64,000 nt of DNA from Trueperaceae bacterium (lineage in GTDB: Bacteria; Deinococcota; Deinococci; Deinococcales; Trueperaceae), in contig OZ243927.1 of NCBI GenBank assembly GCA_965213925.1, forward strand, positions 4,224,001-4,288,000, written 5' to 3'. The position numbers and the translations under genes are program-made. Numbering within the stretch: position 1 is the stretch's first letter; every line of letters begins with the position of its first letter. The notes under the pieces are model-generated. The model made no database searches. It saw only the letters and a list, made by a program, of their open reading frames with translations, and was not told the DNA's origin. Positions 56,438 through 64,000 of this stretch are shown in pieces.

Positions 56438-57676
56438 TTAGTTTTCACTCCCGCCCGCGCCCTGCTTGTAGCGCTTCGTTAGAGGCGTGGCAGTGACGCC
56501 GTGAAGGATAACGGACGTGAAAATGATAAGGCTTGCCGCTGCCCAAACCCGCTCATGCCCCGTCTCGCGAGCAGCGAGTGTCGCGTAGAAGAGCGCGGCG
56601 ACCCCGATAGGTCCGAACCAGCCGACGAAGAACGTGTCCGCGCGGCTTTGTAGCGGTTTAAGAAGGGGTGCGAGCGCGATGAGGACGGGTGGACGGCGTA
56701 ACAGGAGCACGAGCAGCGCCAGCGCAACCCCGTTCCAGCCCAGCGTGCCCCACGCAGCCCACGGGAGCGCCAGACCGAAAAAGACGAAGACCGGGAAAGA
56801 GGCGAGGCGGTTGACGGCTTCTTGCACGTTCTCCTCTTTGACCTCGTCCTTCTTTTTGACGACGCGGTTGTAGGCGACGCCTGCGGCGAACACCGCCAAA
56901 ATGCCGTCACTATTCATGAGCTTAACCGTGCCGAGCGTAAAGGCGGAGAGCGCCAGGGTTACGATCAGGAGCGAGGTCTCTTCCAGGAACTGCTGGCGCT
57001 GCGACCAGCGTTCGACGCGCCCCGTAACGTGACCGATGAGAAAACCTATGATCACGGCGGCCAAAACTTCCCAGAGGAGCGTCTGGAGGAGCCAAGTACG
57101 CCACGCTTGCCCTGCGGGATGCTCGAGCATGAGCACCGCTAGGAAAACCAGCGGATACGCGCCCCCGTCATTCGCGCCCGCCTCGGCGGTAATGAAGTTG
57201 CGCAGCCGCGCGGGGATGCTCCGCTCCGCAAGGTCGCCCGTCACGATGGTGCCCGCGAGCACCGGGTCGGTCGGCGTGACAACCGCGCCCAAAAGCATCG
57301 CGACCCAGAAGGGGAGCCCGAGCAGCGCATAGGCGAGCAGTCCGCTGACGAGCCACATGCCGAGCATCCCTAGACCGAGAATCACAGTGACCGAACGAAA
57401 GTTGGCGCGAAAGTAACCTTCGGGCAGGCGCAGAGCGCTCGCCATCACCGCGACCCCGACGGCGATGCGGGCGACCTGCTCGAGGATAACTTTTGAGTCG
57501 CCCCAGTTTTCCAGGCGGAGTAGCCCTAAACCTACCGGTCCGATAAGGACGCCTAGAAGCGTCGCCGCGAGGGGACCGGACATAAAGGCGATCTTGTTGA
57601 TGAAAAAGCCCGCTAACAGCCCGAAGAGCAGGGTGAAACCGCCGATAAAGAGGAAGGCGAGGTTAAGCTCGGACAC
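56438..57676 (-). CDS. Cation:proton antiporter (CPA1)
   Basis: TPTDPVLA, EAGANDG, LLRRPP, GWFGPIG; TATAAT 6 nt before the GTG. Confidence 0.9.
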   Translation of the reverse strand: MSELNLAFLFIGGFTLLFGLLAGFFINKIAFMSGPLAATLLGVLIGPVGLGLLRLENWGDSKVILEQVARIAVGVAVMASALRLPEGYFRANFRSVTVILGLGMLGMWLVSGLLAYALLGLPFWVAMLLGAVVTPTDPVLAGTIVTGDLAERSIPARLRNFITAEAGANDGGAYPLVFLAVLMLEHPAGQAWRTWLLQTLLWEVLAAVIIGFLIGHVTGRVERWSQRQQFLEETSLLIVTLALSAFTLGTVKLMNSDGILAVFAAGVAYNRVVKKKDEVKEENVQEAVNRLASFPVFVFFGLALPWAAWGTLGWNGVALALLVLLLRRPPVLIALAPLLKPLQSRADTFFVGWFGPIGVAALFYATLAARETGHERVWAAASLIIFTSVILHGVTATPLTKRYKQGAGGSEN

Positions 57677-57831
57677 GCCGCTATTATATACGCAAAGACC
57701 CTCTGACTAAAAAACGCTCACTAAACAGAACACTGACAAACGCACGCGCTGAACGAATGCCGCTAGCTCTAGCGGGCTGGGCGCAGAACTCGGATTTGGT
57801 ATGACGCTGAACTTGGGTCAGTTCCACGACG

Positions 57832-57930
57832 TACTGAGACAAATAAGCGCGGGGCTCATCCCTCAACATGTATGTTAAACGGAGTTTTCTATACTAAATG
57901 GGTCTCAAACCAGATGATGCCTGCTAAGTT
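57832..57930. repeat. Third diverged copy of the TCATC...GATGAT structured repeat
   Basis: TACTGAGA...GCGGGGCTCATCCCT...CAGATGATGCCTGCT with 56-nt spacing; an isolated 3' end lies at 58120-58136. Confidence 0.5.
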
Positions 57931-58246
57931 ATGTAGCTGAACACCTACATAGAACGTAAAACCCCCTCGTATCGCGAGAGGGTTTCCAGGGATGTGATAC
58001 CAATTCCGATTGATTCGCTATGTTAGCGAATCAATCCGAGCGAGGGAGTCTTCAACAGCTAGCGGGAGCGGTCCACGCGACTGCGTATCATGCCGTTATT
58101 GACGCGCTGGCTCGATGACCAGATGCTACCTGCTGTCAAAGACTCTTCTGCGAGCAGGAACGAATATACGGATGGAGCGGTATGGACTATCACCGAGGCT
58201 TTTTCTCAGTGATAGGGAATTAAGCGGAATCCGTATGAGAGGTAAC

Positions 58247-59350
58247 TTAACCTTCGCTACTGTTGCCTTCTGCGTTGCGGTAGACATAGTTCTGGTAGGC
58301 GTACTCGCTGATCCGGTGCCAGTCGCGGATGCCGTCGCGGAAGCCTAAGAAGTTTTGGTAGACCTGTCCGTAGAAGTCGTTGCTGGCAGCAGTCTCTTCA
58401 TGGATGGCGTTCATGGCGTCTTCCAGAGCGACCAAGACCTCGTCGGGGAAGTCGCGGAGCTGCGCGCCCGCCTCGACCAAGCGGTTCAGAGCGGGGCCGT
58501 TCTTCGCGTCGTAGTCAGCGAGCATCTGCAAGTTGGCGCGCCCCGAGGCCTTTTGAATCGCTTGCTGGATGTCGGCGGGTAAGCTCTCGTATTCGCTCAG
58601 GTTGATGTAGGTGGCGAGCGTCGGACCGGGCTCGTGCCAGCCGGGGGCGTAGTAGAACTGCGCGGCGGTGTTGAGCCCTAAAATCTCGTCGTCATAGGGT
58701 CCGATCCACTCGGCGGCGTCAATGACGCCGGTATCGAGCGCTAAGAAAATTTCGCCGCCAGGGATAACTTGAACGTTCGCGCCCGCGCGGGTCATGACTT
58801 GACCACCCAAGCCGGGGATGCGCATGGTCAAGCCTTGCAAGTCGGCGGGCGTGTTGATCTCCTTGTTGAACCAGCCGCCCATCTGCACGCCCGTGTTGCC
58901 TGCCGGGAACGCGATAAGGCCGTCTCTAGCGTTAAGTTCGTTGAACAGGTCCAGCGCGCCGCCCTGATAGAACCAGGCATTTATCTGCTGCGCGTTGAGG
59001 CCAAAAGGCACGGCGGTAAAGAAGGCGTGCGTGGGGTCCTTGCCGACGTAGTAGTACGACGCCGTGTGACCCATTGTGAACGCGCCCGACGAGACCGCGT
59101 CGTAGACCTCTAAGCCGCCGACTTGCGCGCCCGCCGGGTACACCTCGACGGTCACGTCGCCGTCGGTCAGTTCCTCTAAATACGCCGCCGTGTTGGTCGC
59201 GCCCCCGTAGATCGTGTCGAGCGAGGTGGGCCACGACGTGACCATCTCGAAGCTGAACGATGAATTTTGCGCGTTAGCGAACATGAGGGGCGAGAGTGAG
59301 GTGCTAGCAGCGACGACACCCGCTTTCTTTAGAAAATCACGACGTTTCAT
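58247..59350 (-). CDS. TRAP transporter substrate-binding protein (DctP family) with Tat signal
   Basis: MKRRDFLK, VTSWP, GNTGVQMGGWF, MRIPGLG, IDAAEWIGP, WHEPG; GGAGG RBS. Confidence 0.92.
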   Translation of the reverse strand: MKRRDFLKKAGVVAASTSLSPLMFANAQNSSFSFEMVTSWPTSLDTIYGGATNTAAYLEELTDGDVTVEVYPAGAQVGGLEVYDAVSSGAFTMGHTASYYYVGKDPTHAFFTAVPFGLNAQQINAWFYQGGALDLFNELNARDGLIAFPAGNTGVQMGGWFNKEINTPADLQGLTMRIPGLGGQVMTRAGANVQVIPGGEIFLALDTGVIDAAEWIGPYDDEILGLNTAAQFYYAPGWHEPGPTLATYINLSEYESLPADIQQAIQKASGRANLQMLADYDAKNGPALNRLVEAGAQLRDFPDEVLVALEDAMNAIHEETAASNDFYGQVYQNFLGFRDGIRDWHRISEYAYQNYVYRNAEGNSSEG

Positions 59351-59720
59351 CCTTACCTCCAAAGTTAGGTTGTGCAAGCAGATACCGAACAAAGCTCGAG
59401 CTTGGTTTGAGCCGGTCTGAGAGGTGCGTGCTTACGTGAGCGCACATCCTCGCTACTTGGGATAACTGCTTTTAGAACCGCTCTAGTATACGCGGAATGT
59501 GGATTTAATTACAAGCAAGTCGCGTGGAGAACGCCTTCATGAAATTCTCTTAGCCCTGAAGCGGTGTTTTCAGTGGCGTTTTCCCCAGCAGTGACAATTT
59601 TCACATCCAAATACGTGAATAAAGCGTTACATCTAGTAGAGAAGGTCTATAAATCCCTCGACTATCCCAACCCCCGGAGCGGATTGTTGTCGGCTAAGAC
59701 CTATCATTATAGGAGGCAAC

Positions 59721-60722
59721 ATGGATATTCAGAAACTTCTCGGAGCCAAACTGAACCGCCGCCGTCTGCTCGGCAACTTGGGCATGATGGGCGCGGGCGC
59801 AGTGATTACGGCGTGTGGTGGCGCAGTTGCGCAAGATGACGACCCCGTCGATTACGACGCTGCAATTCTCAACTTCGCGCTGAACTTAGAGTATTTAGAA
59901 GCGGCTTTTTATTTGGCAGCAGTTGGACGCATCGGAGAGATTAACACAGTTGGTGGAGACGCAGAAATCCAACTGCCCGACGGGTTTGACGGCTCGAGCG
60001 CCATTGAGGGGCTCAGCGAGAGCGTACTCGCTTACGCCAACGAAATCGCTAACGAAGAGCTTGCCCACGTCAACTTCTTGCGTGCAGCGCTCGGTGACGC
60101 GGCAGCAACGAGACCCGTTCTCAACCTCAATACCTCATTCCAAGCAGCGGCAACGGCGGCGCTAGCACCTATCCCAGAAGCGGACCGCCCCTTCGCTGGG
60201 GAAGACTTCAATCCCTATGCCAATGAAGTATTCTTCCTACACGGTTCGTTTATCTTCGAAGATGTCGGCGTAAGTGCCTACAAGGGCGCAGCGCGTTTCC
60301 TCACGAGCAAAGATAACTTAGAGGCAGCGGCGGGCATTTTGGCAGCAGAGGCGTACCACTCGGGCGAAATCCGCACCCTACTCTACGCCGCTGACCAAGC
60401 TGACGCTTACGAATTAGGCACAGGCACGATTGCCACTATCGTTCAAGCTATCTCTAACGCAAGAGATTCGCTCGACGGTGAGGGCGAGCAAGATCAAGGG
60501 ATTGCTGACGTTGACATCGCTACAGGCGGCGATGCGAACATTTCAGTGACTGACGCTAATGGTATCGCTTACAGCCGCACGCCTCGTCAAGTGGCTGCTA
60601 TCGTCTACCTCAATGCTGAAGTGACACCCGGTGGGTTCTTTCCGAACGGCATCACCATTCCAGAGGACCTCGCAGACCAGTTCGCAGCCCTACTCGACCC
60701 TACCTTCCCTGATAACCTCTGA
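59721..60722 (+). CDS. Ferritin-like desiccation-related protein with twin-arginine signal
   Basis: NRRRLL...ITAC; ILNFALNLEYLEAAFY, E.AHV.FLR, FEDVGVSAYKGAA, EAYH, SRTP.QV, GGFFP.G. Confidence 0.85.
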   Translation: MDIQKLLGAKLNRRRLLGNLGMMGAGAVITACGGAVAQDDDPVDYDAAILNFALNLEYLEAAFYLAAVGRIGEINTVGGDAEIQLPDGFDGSSAIEGLSESVLAYANEIANEELAHVNFLRAALGDAAATRPVLNLNTSFQAAATAALAPIPEADRPFAGEDFNPYANEVFFLHGSFIFEDVGVSAYKGAARFLTSKDNLEAAAGILAAEAYHSGEIRTLLYAADQADAYELGTGTIATIVQAISNARDSLDGEGEQDQGIADVDIATGGDANISVTDANGIAYSRTPRQVAAIVYLNAEVTPGGFFPNGITIPEDLADQFAALLDPTFPDNL

Positions 60723-60740
60723 CCCTTAGCGTAGTGAGCA

Positions 60741-60772
60741 GAGGGGTGCACGGCGCACCCCTCACCTATTTA
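60741..60772 (+). terminator. Hairpin after the ferritin-like gene
   Basis: GAGGGGTGC-ACG-GCGCACCCCTC-type GC-rich stem; the U-tract is weak. Confidence 0.45.
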
Positions 60773-60852
60773 ATGAACCCGTCAACAACGCACCGTAACG
60801 TTCGTCCTTAACGAAAGGTGCTAGACTTAATAACAAAACAGGAGGTTTCATC

Positions 60853-61131
60853 ATGCCGAACATAGGTCTACCCGAAATCATCATCATTTTGGTCATCGTG
60901 CTGCTCGTCTTCGGTCCGCGCCGCCTGCCCGAGATGGCCAAAGGTATCGGTCAATCCGTGCGCGAATTCCGCAAGGGTATCCGCGATATGAAAGACGAAG
61001 TCACCAGTGACGACGAGGATAAAAAGCCGAGCAAGGACAGCAATGTGAGCACCGCCAAGAGCGAAGCGGCGGAAACGGATACCTCTTCATCTTCAAAGAC
61101 TACCGAGAAGACCGAAGTTAAGTCTGCTTAA
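60853..61131 (+). CDS. tatA: Twin-arginine translocase TatA/E
   Basis: IGLPEIIIILVIVLLVFGPRRLPEMAKGIGQSVREFRKG. Confidence 0.95.
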   Translation: MPNIGLPEIIIILVIVLLVFGPRRLPEMAKGIGQSVREFRKGIRDMKDEVTSDDEDKKPSKDSNVSTAKSEAAETDTSSSSKTTEKTEVKSA

Positions 61132-61194
61132 TTTGTATAACTTCTTCAAAGCACCTCTTTGGTGCGTTGATCTAAACTATGAAGGACTCGTAGC

Positions 61195-61929
61195 GTGACC
61201 TTAATCGAACATTTTGAGGAGCTGCGCACCCGGCTTTTTATTGCGCTAGGAAGCTGGGCTGTCGCGGGCGGGGCGGCGTTCTATTTTCGTGACAACCTGC
61301 TCGAGTGGCTCAAAGCGCCCTTGCCCCCTACTGTGACGCTCAATGCGTTTCGGCTGCTCGAGGCCATCCTCATCAGCATGCAGATCGCGATTTTTTTTGG
61401 GCTCATCTTGGCGGCTCCGGTCATCGTCGGGCAACTCTGGGGCTTTATCGCGCCGGGGCTCTACCCCGAAGAGCGCCGCTGGGCGGTGCCTTTCGTGCTT
61501 GGCACTGCGCTCGCGTTTGCGGGTGGCGTCCTGTTCTCTTACTACGCCATTCTGCCCTTTGCCCTGCCCGTGATTATCGGCTTCTTGCCCGACGAAGTGC
61601 AGCTTATCTTGAGCATCGGCGACTATATTTCTAAAATTATTCTCTATCTAGCAATCTTCGGCTTTATCTTCGAACTGCCCGTGCTGAGTTTTCTCTTGGC
61701 GCGGCTCGGCTTTCTCTACGCGCCGATGCTGAGGCAGTACCGCCGCTACACGTTTGTGGGTTGCTGGGTTGTCGCCGCCGTGATTACGCCGACGCCCGAT
61801 CCTCTCAACCTTGCCCTCGTCGCTGTGCCACTTGTGCTACTCTATGAGGTTAGTATTATCGTCGTACGTCTATCACAGCGGAAGGTGCCCAGTGAACGAG
61901 AAGATTCAGAACTTACGAGACCAAATTGA
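61195..61929 (+). CDS. tatC: Twin-arginine translocase TatC
   Basis: EHFEELR.RL, W.FIAPGL...E, FELP, ITPTPDP, LYE. Confidence 0.95.
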   Translation: MTLIEHFEELRTRLFIALGSWAVAGGAAFYFRDNLLEWLKAPLPPTVTLNAFRLLEAILISMQIAIFFGLILAAPVIVGQLWGFIAPGLYPEERRWAVPFVLGTALAFAGGVLFSYYAILPFALPVIIGFLPDEVQLILSIGDYISKIILYLAIFGFIFELPVLSFLLARLGFLYAPMLRQYRRYTFVGCWVVAAVITPTPDPLNLALVAVPLVLLYEVSIIVVRLSQRKVPSEREDSELTRPN

Positions 61930-62992
61930 CACGCTCAATTTACAACTTTTAGACCTGCTCTCCAAGCGCGCGGAACTCGCCGAGTCTATCGGCGAGATTC
62001 AGACCGAGCAGGGGTTATCGCACTACGATCCTGTTCGTGAAAAAGAGATGTTGGGGAGGTTGACCCAAGCTAACCGAGGACCCTTTCGCGACGCGACGGT
62101 CAAAGGGCTTTTCAAGTCCATCTTTCAGGCGAGTATGCACTTGGAACAAGAGGCGGACAAGATAAAATTCCTCACCTCGCGTAAGACTAAAGCGGACGAT
62201 ACCGTCGTGCAGGTTGGCGATATTCCGATTGGCAGCGACCACTCGCCCGTACTCATTGCGGGTCCATGCTCCATCGAATCGAAAGAGCAGATGGACGCCA
62301 CCGCAGCGTTTGTCGCAGAGCGCGGCGTGCAGCTCTTTCGCGGCGGCGCGTTCAAGCCGCGCAGCAACCCCTACTCATTCCAAGGTTTGGGCGAAGAGGG
62401 CCTTCGCATCGGGCGCGAAACCTCGGATAAGCACGGGCTCAAGTTCATCTCTGAAATCATGGACGCCTGCGACCTCGCGATGTTCGAAGAATACGCCGAC
62501 GTGATGCAAATAGGCGCGCGCAACATGCAGAACTTCACGCTCCTTAAAGCGGTAGGGCGCTCGAACAAACCCGTCCTCTTGAAGCGCGGTCTTTCGGCGA
62601 CCATCGAAGAGTGGCTCATGGCGGCGGAATACCTCCTCAGCGAGGGTAACAGCAACATCATCCTCTGTGAGCGCGGCATCCGCACCTATGAGACCTATAC
62701 GCGCAACACGCTCGATGTTTCGGCGGTAGCGCTAGCGAAGCTGGAGACCCACCTCCCCGTCATCGTGGACGTGACCCACTCGGGCGGACGCCGCGACCTC
62801 TTGGTCCCGCTGACCAAAGCTGGCTTAGCGACGGGCGCGGACGGCATCATGATCGAGGTGCATCCGAACCCAGCCGTCGCGCTCTCAGATAACAAGCAGC
62901 AGGTGGACTTCGAGGCGTTTGATAGCTATTTAGAAGAGACGGGCTACCACAAAAAGCTGTCGCAGAAGCGCCATGAGGTGTACGGGTTCTGA
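61892..62992 (+). CDS. Bifunctional chorismate mutase / DAHP synthase (type I-beta)
   Basis: N-terminal AroQ domain (LRDQID...R...YDP.RE), then IAGPCSIE, GGAFKPR, QIGARNMQN, LLKRG, CERGIR, D.TH, IEVH; GTG start at 61892. Confidence 0.93.
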   Translation: MNEKIQNLRDQIDTLNLQLLDLLSKRAELAESIGEIQTEQGLSHYDPVREKEMLGRLTQANRGPFRDATVKGLFKSIFQASMHLEQEADKIKFLTSRKTKADDTVVQVGDIPIGSDHSPVLIAGPCSIESKEQMDATAAFVAERGVQLFRGGAFKPRSNPYSFQGLGEEGLRIGRETSDKHGLKFISEIMDACDLAMFEEYADVMQIGARNMQNFTLLKAVGRSNKPVLLKRGLSATIEEWLMAAEYLLSEGNSNIILCERGIRTYETYTRNTLDVSAVALAKLETHLPVIVDVTHSGGRRDLLVPLTKAGLATGADGIMIEVHPNPAVALSDNKQQVDFEAFDSYLEETGYHKKLSQKRHEVYGF

Positions 62993-63007
62993 TCTAAGGA
63001 GAGGTGT

Positions 63008-63196
63008 ATGAAGCGCGCGCTCATCCTCGCAATGCTTTTGTCAGCCTTTGCAAGTGGACACAGAGGGCAGACGGGCGGTGGGGACACGGGTCAAAACACT
63101 GCTGAAACGCTCTCGGAAAGTTTGGTACTGCGCCTTCCTGACGAACAGGTGCAGCTCTTTTTCAGCGTCGCGCCAGAGGTCTCTGAAAGCGACTAA
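63008..63196 (+). CDS. Small hypothetical exported peptide or gene remnant
   Basis: AAGGAGAGG RBS and signal-like N-terminus MKRALILAMLLSAFA; only 62 aa. Confidence 0.4.
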   Translation: MKRALILAMLLSAFASGHRGQTGGGDTGQNTAETLSESLVLRLPDEQVQLFFSVAPEVSESD

Positions 63197-63464
63197 GCAA
63201 GAATAGCGTTCGAGTAACGTCGTTTGTGACGGGCTCGAGAACTCCCGTAGGGCGTACGCATGTACGCCAATTCTTTGAAAGAAGTCGCTGCGACCCTTTC
63301 GAAACGAAAACAGAGTTCGCTCGAAGAGGGTATAAAGCCGAATTCTGTCCCTTAAAAAGTTACATATCGAATGCGAATAGGACGTCACGAATCTACATGC
63401 GTAAGCCCTGAAACTCCCGAAGAAGTCGCGCCCCCTCTACGCGCTTGTCTGCTAAACTATAGTT

Positions 63465-63797
63465 ATGGCTACAGTAACGCTCCCTGATGACCTTGCCGAG
63501 CGCGTTGAACCTTTTAGACAGTGGCTTCCAGTCGTACTCGAGATAAGCTTGCTGAGTCTCCAAACCTCAGCAAGCCGCACAGCAGGTGAGATTATCGCGT
63601 TTTTGAGTACCGGACCTTCACCGAGTGAAGTTGCAGCGTATAGAGCCTCTTCGCGTTCGCAAGAGCGCATGAGCCGCCTGCTCGCGCTTAACCAGGCGGG
63701 GCTTCTAGGAGAAGCTGAGACTGCGGAGTTGGACGAACTTTTAAGGCTCGAGGATTTGTTCATTAGCCTCAAAGCTGGACTCACCGAAAGGGCGTAA
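63465..63797 (+). CDS. Small helical hypothetical protein upstream of an HNH nuclease
   Basis: TVTLPDDL N-terminus, Q.R...LL..N..G.L...E.AEL C-terminus; TAAACT 6 nt before the ATG. Confidence 0.7.
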   Translation: MATVTLPDDLAERVEPFRQWLPVVLEISLLSLQTSASRTAGEIIAFLSTGPSPSEVAAYRASSRSQERMSRLLALNQAGLLGEAETAELDELLRLEDLFISLKAGLTERA

Positions 63798-63803
63798 AGT
63801 GGT

Positions 63804-64000
63804 GTGAGTCCACCTTCTGCCGCGACTAGACGCGAGGTCAGAGCGAGAGCTGAAGAGAGATGCGAATACTGCTTGTTACCCGAGGACATCGCACTCCATT
63901 TTCACCAGATTGATCACATTATGCCTATACAGCATGGCGGCAGCGATGACCTCTCCAACCTCGCGCTCGCCTGCGTCTTTTGTAACCGGATGAAAGGACC
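63804..64000 (+). CDS. HNH endonuclease (runs off the window)
   Basis: Manual translation from GTG 63804: VSPPSAATRREVRARAEERCEYC...IDHIMPIQHGGSDDLSNLALACVFCNRMKG. Confidence 0.88.
   Translation, partial: MSPPSAATRREVRARAEERCEYCLLPEDIALHFHQIDHIMPIQHGGSDDLSNLALACVFCNRMKG

Noticed and set aside
57700..58240. tRNA or known ncRNA in the long intergenic gap
   Set aside because: No cloverleaf or T-loop signature; only repeat fragments and a possible terminator hairpin at about 57958-57987.

Overview
A 64 kb stretch of bacterial chromosome of moderately high GC, most consistent with a Deinococcota (Truepera-like) organism. That assignment is an inference from the gene set, the futalosine pathway genes and the many -10 boxes lying directly upstream of start codons. 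The backbone is housekeeping: purL-purF, an RluA/RluD-family gene, plsX, mscS, rimO, pilT, fabZ, wrbA, a serA operon, lysA, glyA, hslVU, mqnE/mqnA, tatAC and a chorismate mutase/DAHP synthase. Two AT-richer defence islands interrupt it. (1) 8064-13173: a fused nuclease-N6-methyltransferase plus a two-TRD specificity subunit, translationally coupled to a 515-aa protein that joins a DGQHR/DndB-like (ParB/Srx-fold) domain to a C-terminal nucleoside-2-deoxyribosyltransferase/TIR-like domain. This is the best candidate for an undescribed RM-coupled defence system. (2) 19455-21816: a DpnM-like and a DpnA-like methyltransferase flanking a short MutH/Sau3AI-family nuclease that has Asn at the usual first catalytic Asp. 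The window also holds three apparently decayed toxin-antitoxin modules, several families of intergenic palindromic repeats and a strong excess of the palindrome CTCGAG. I found no rRNA, tRNA, CRISPR array or intact transposase. All family calls come from recognising motifs by eye, not from database searches.
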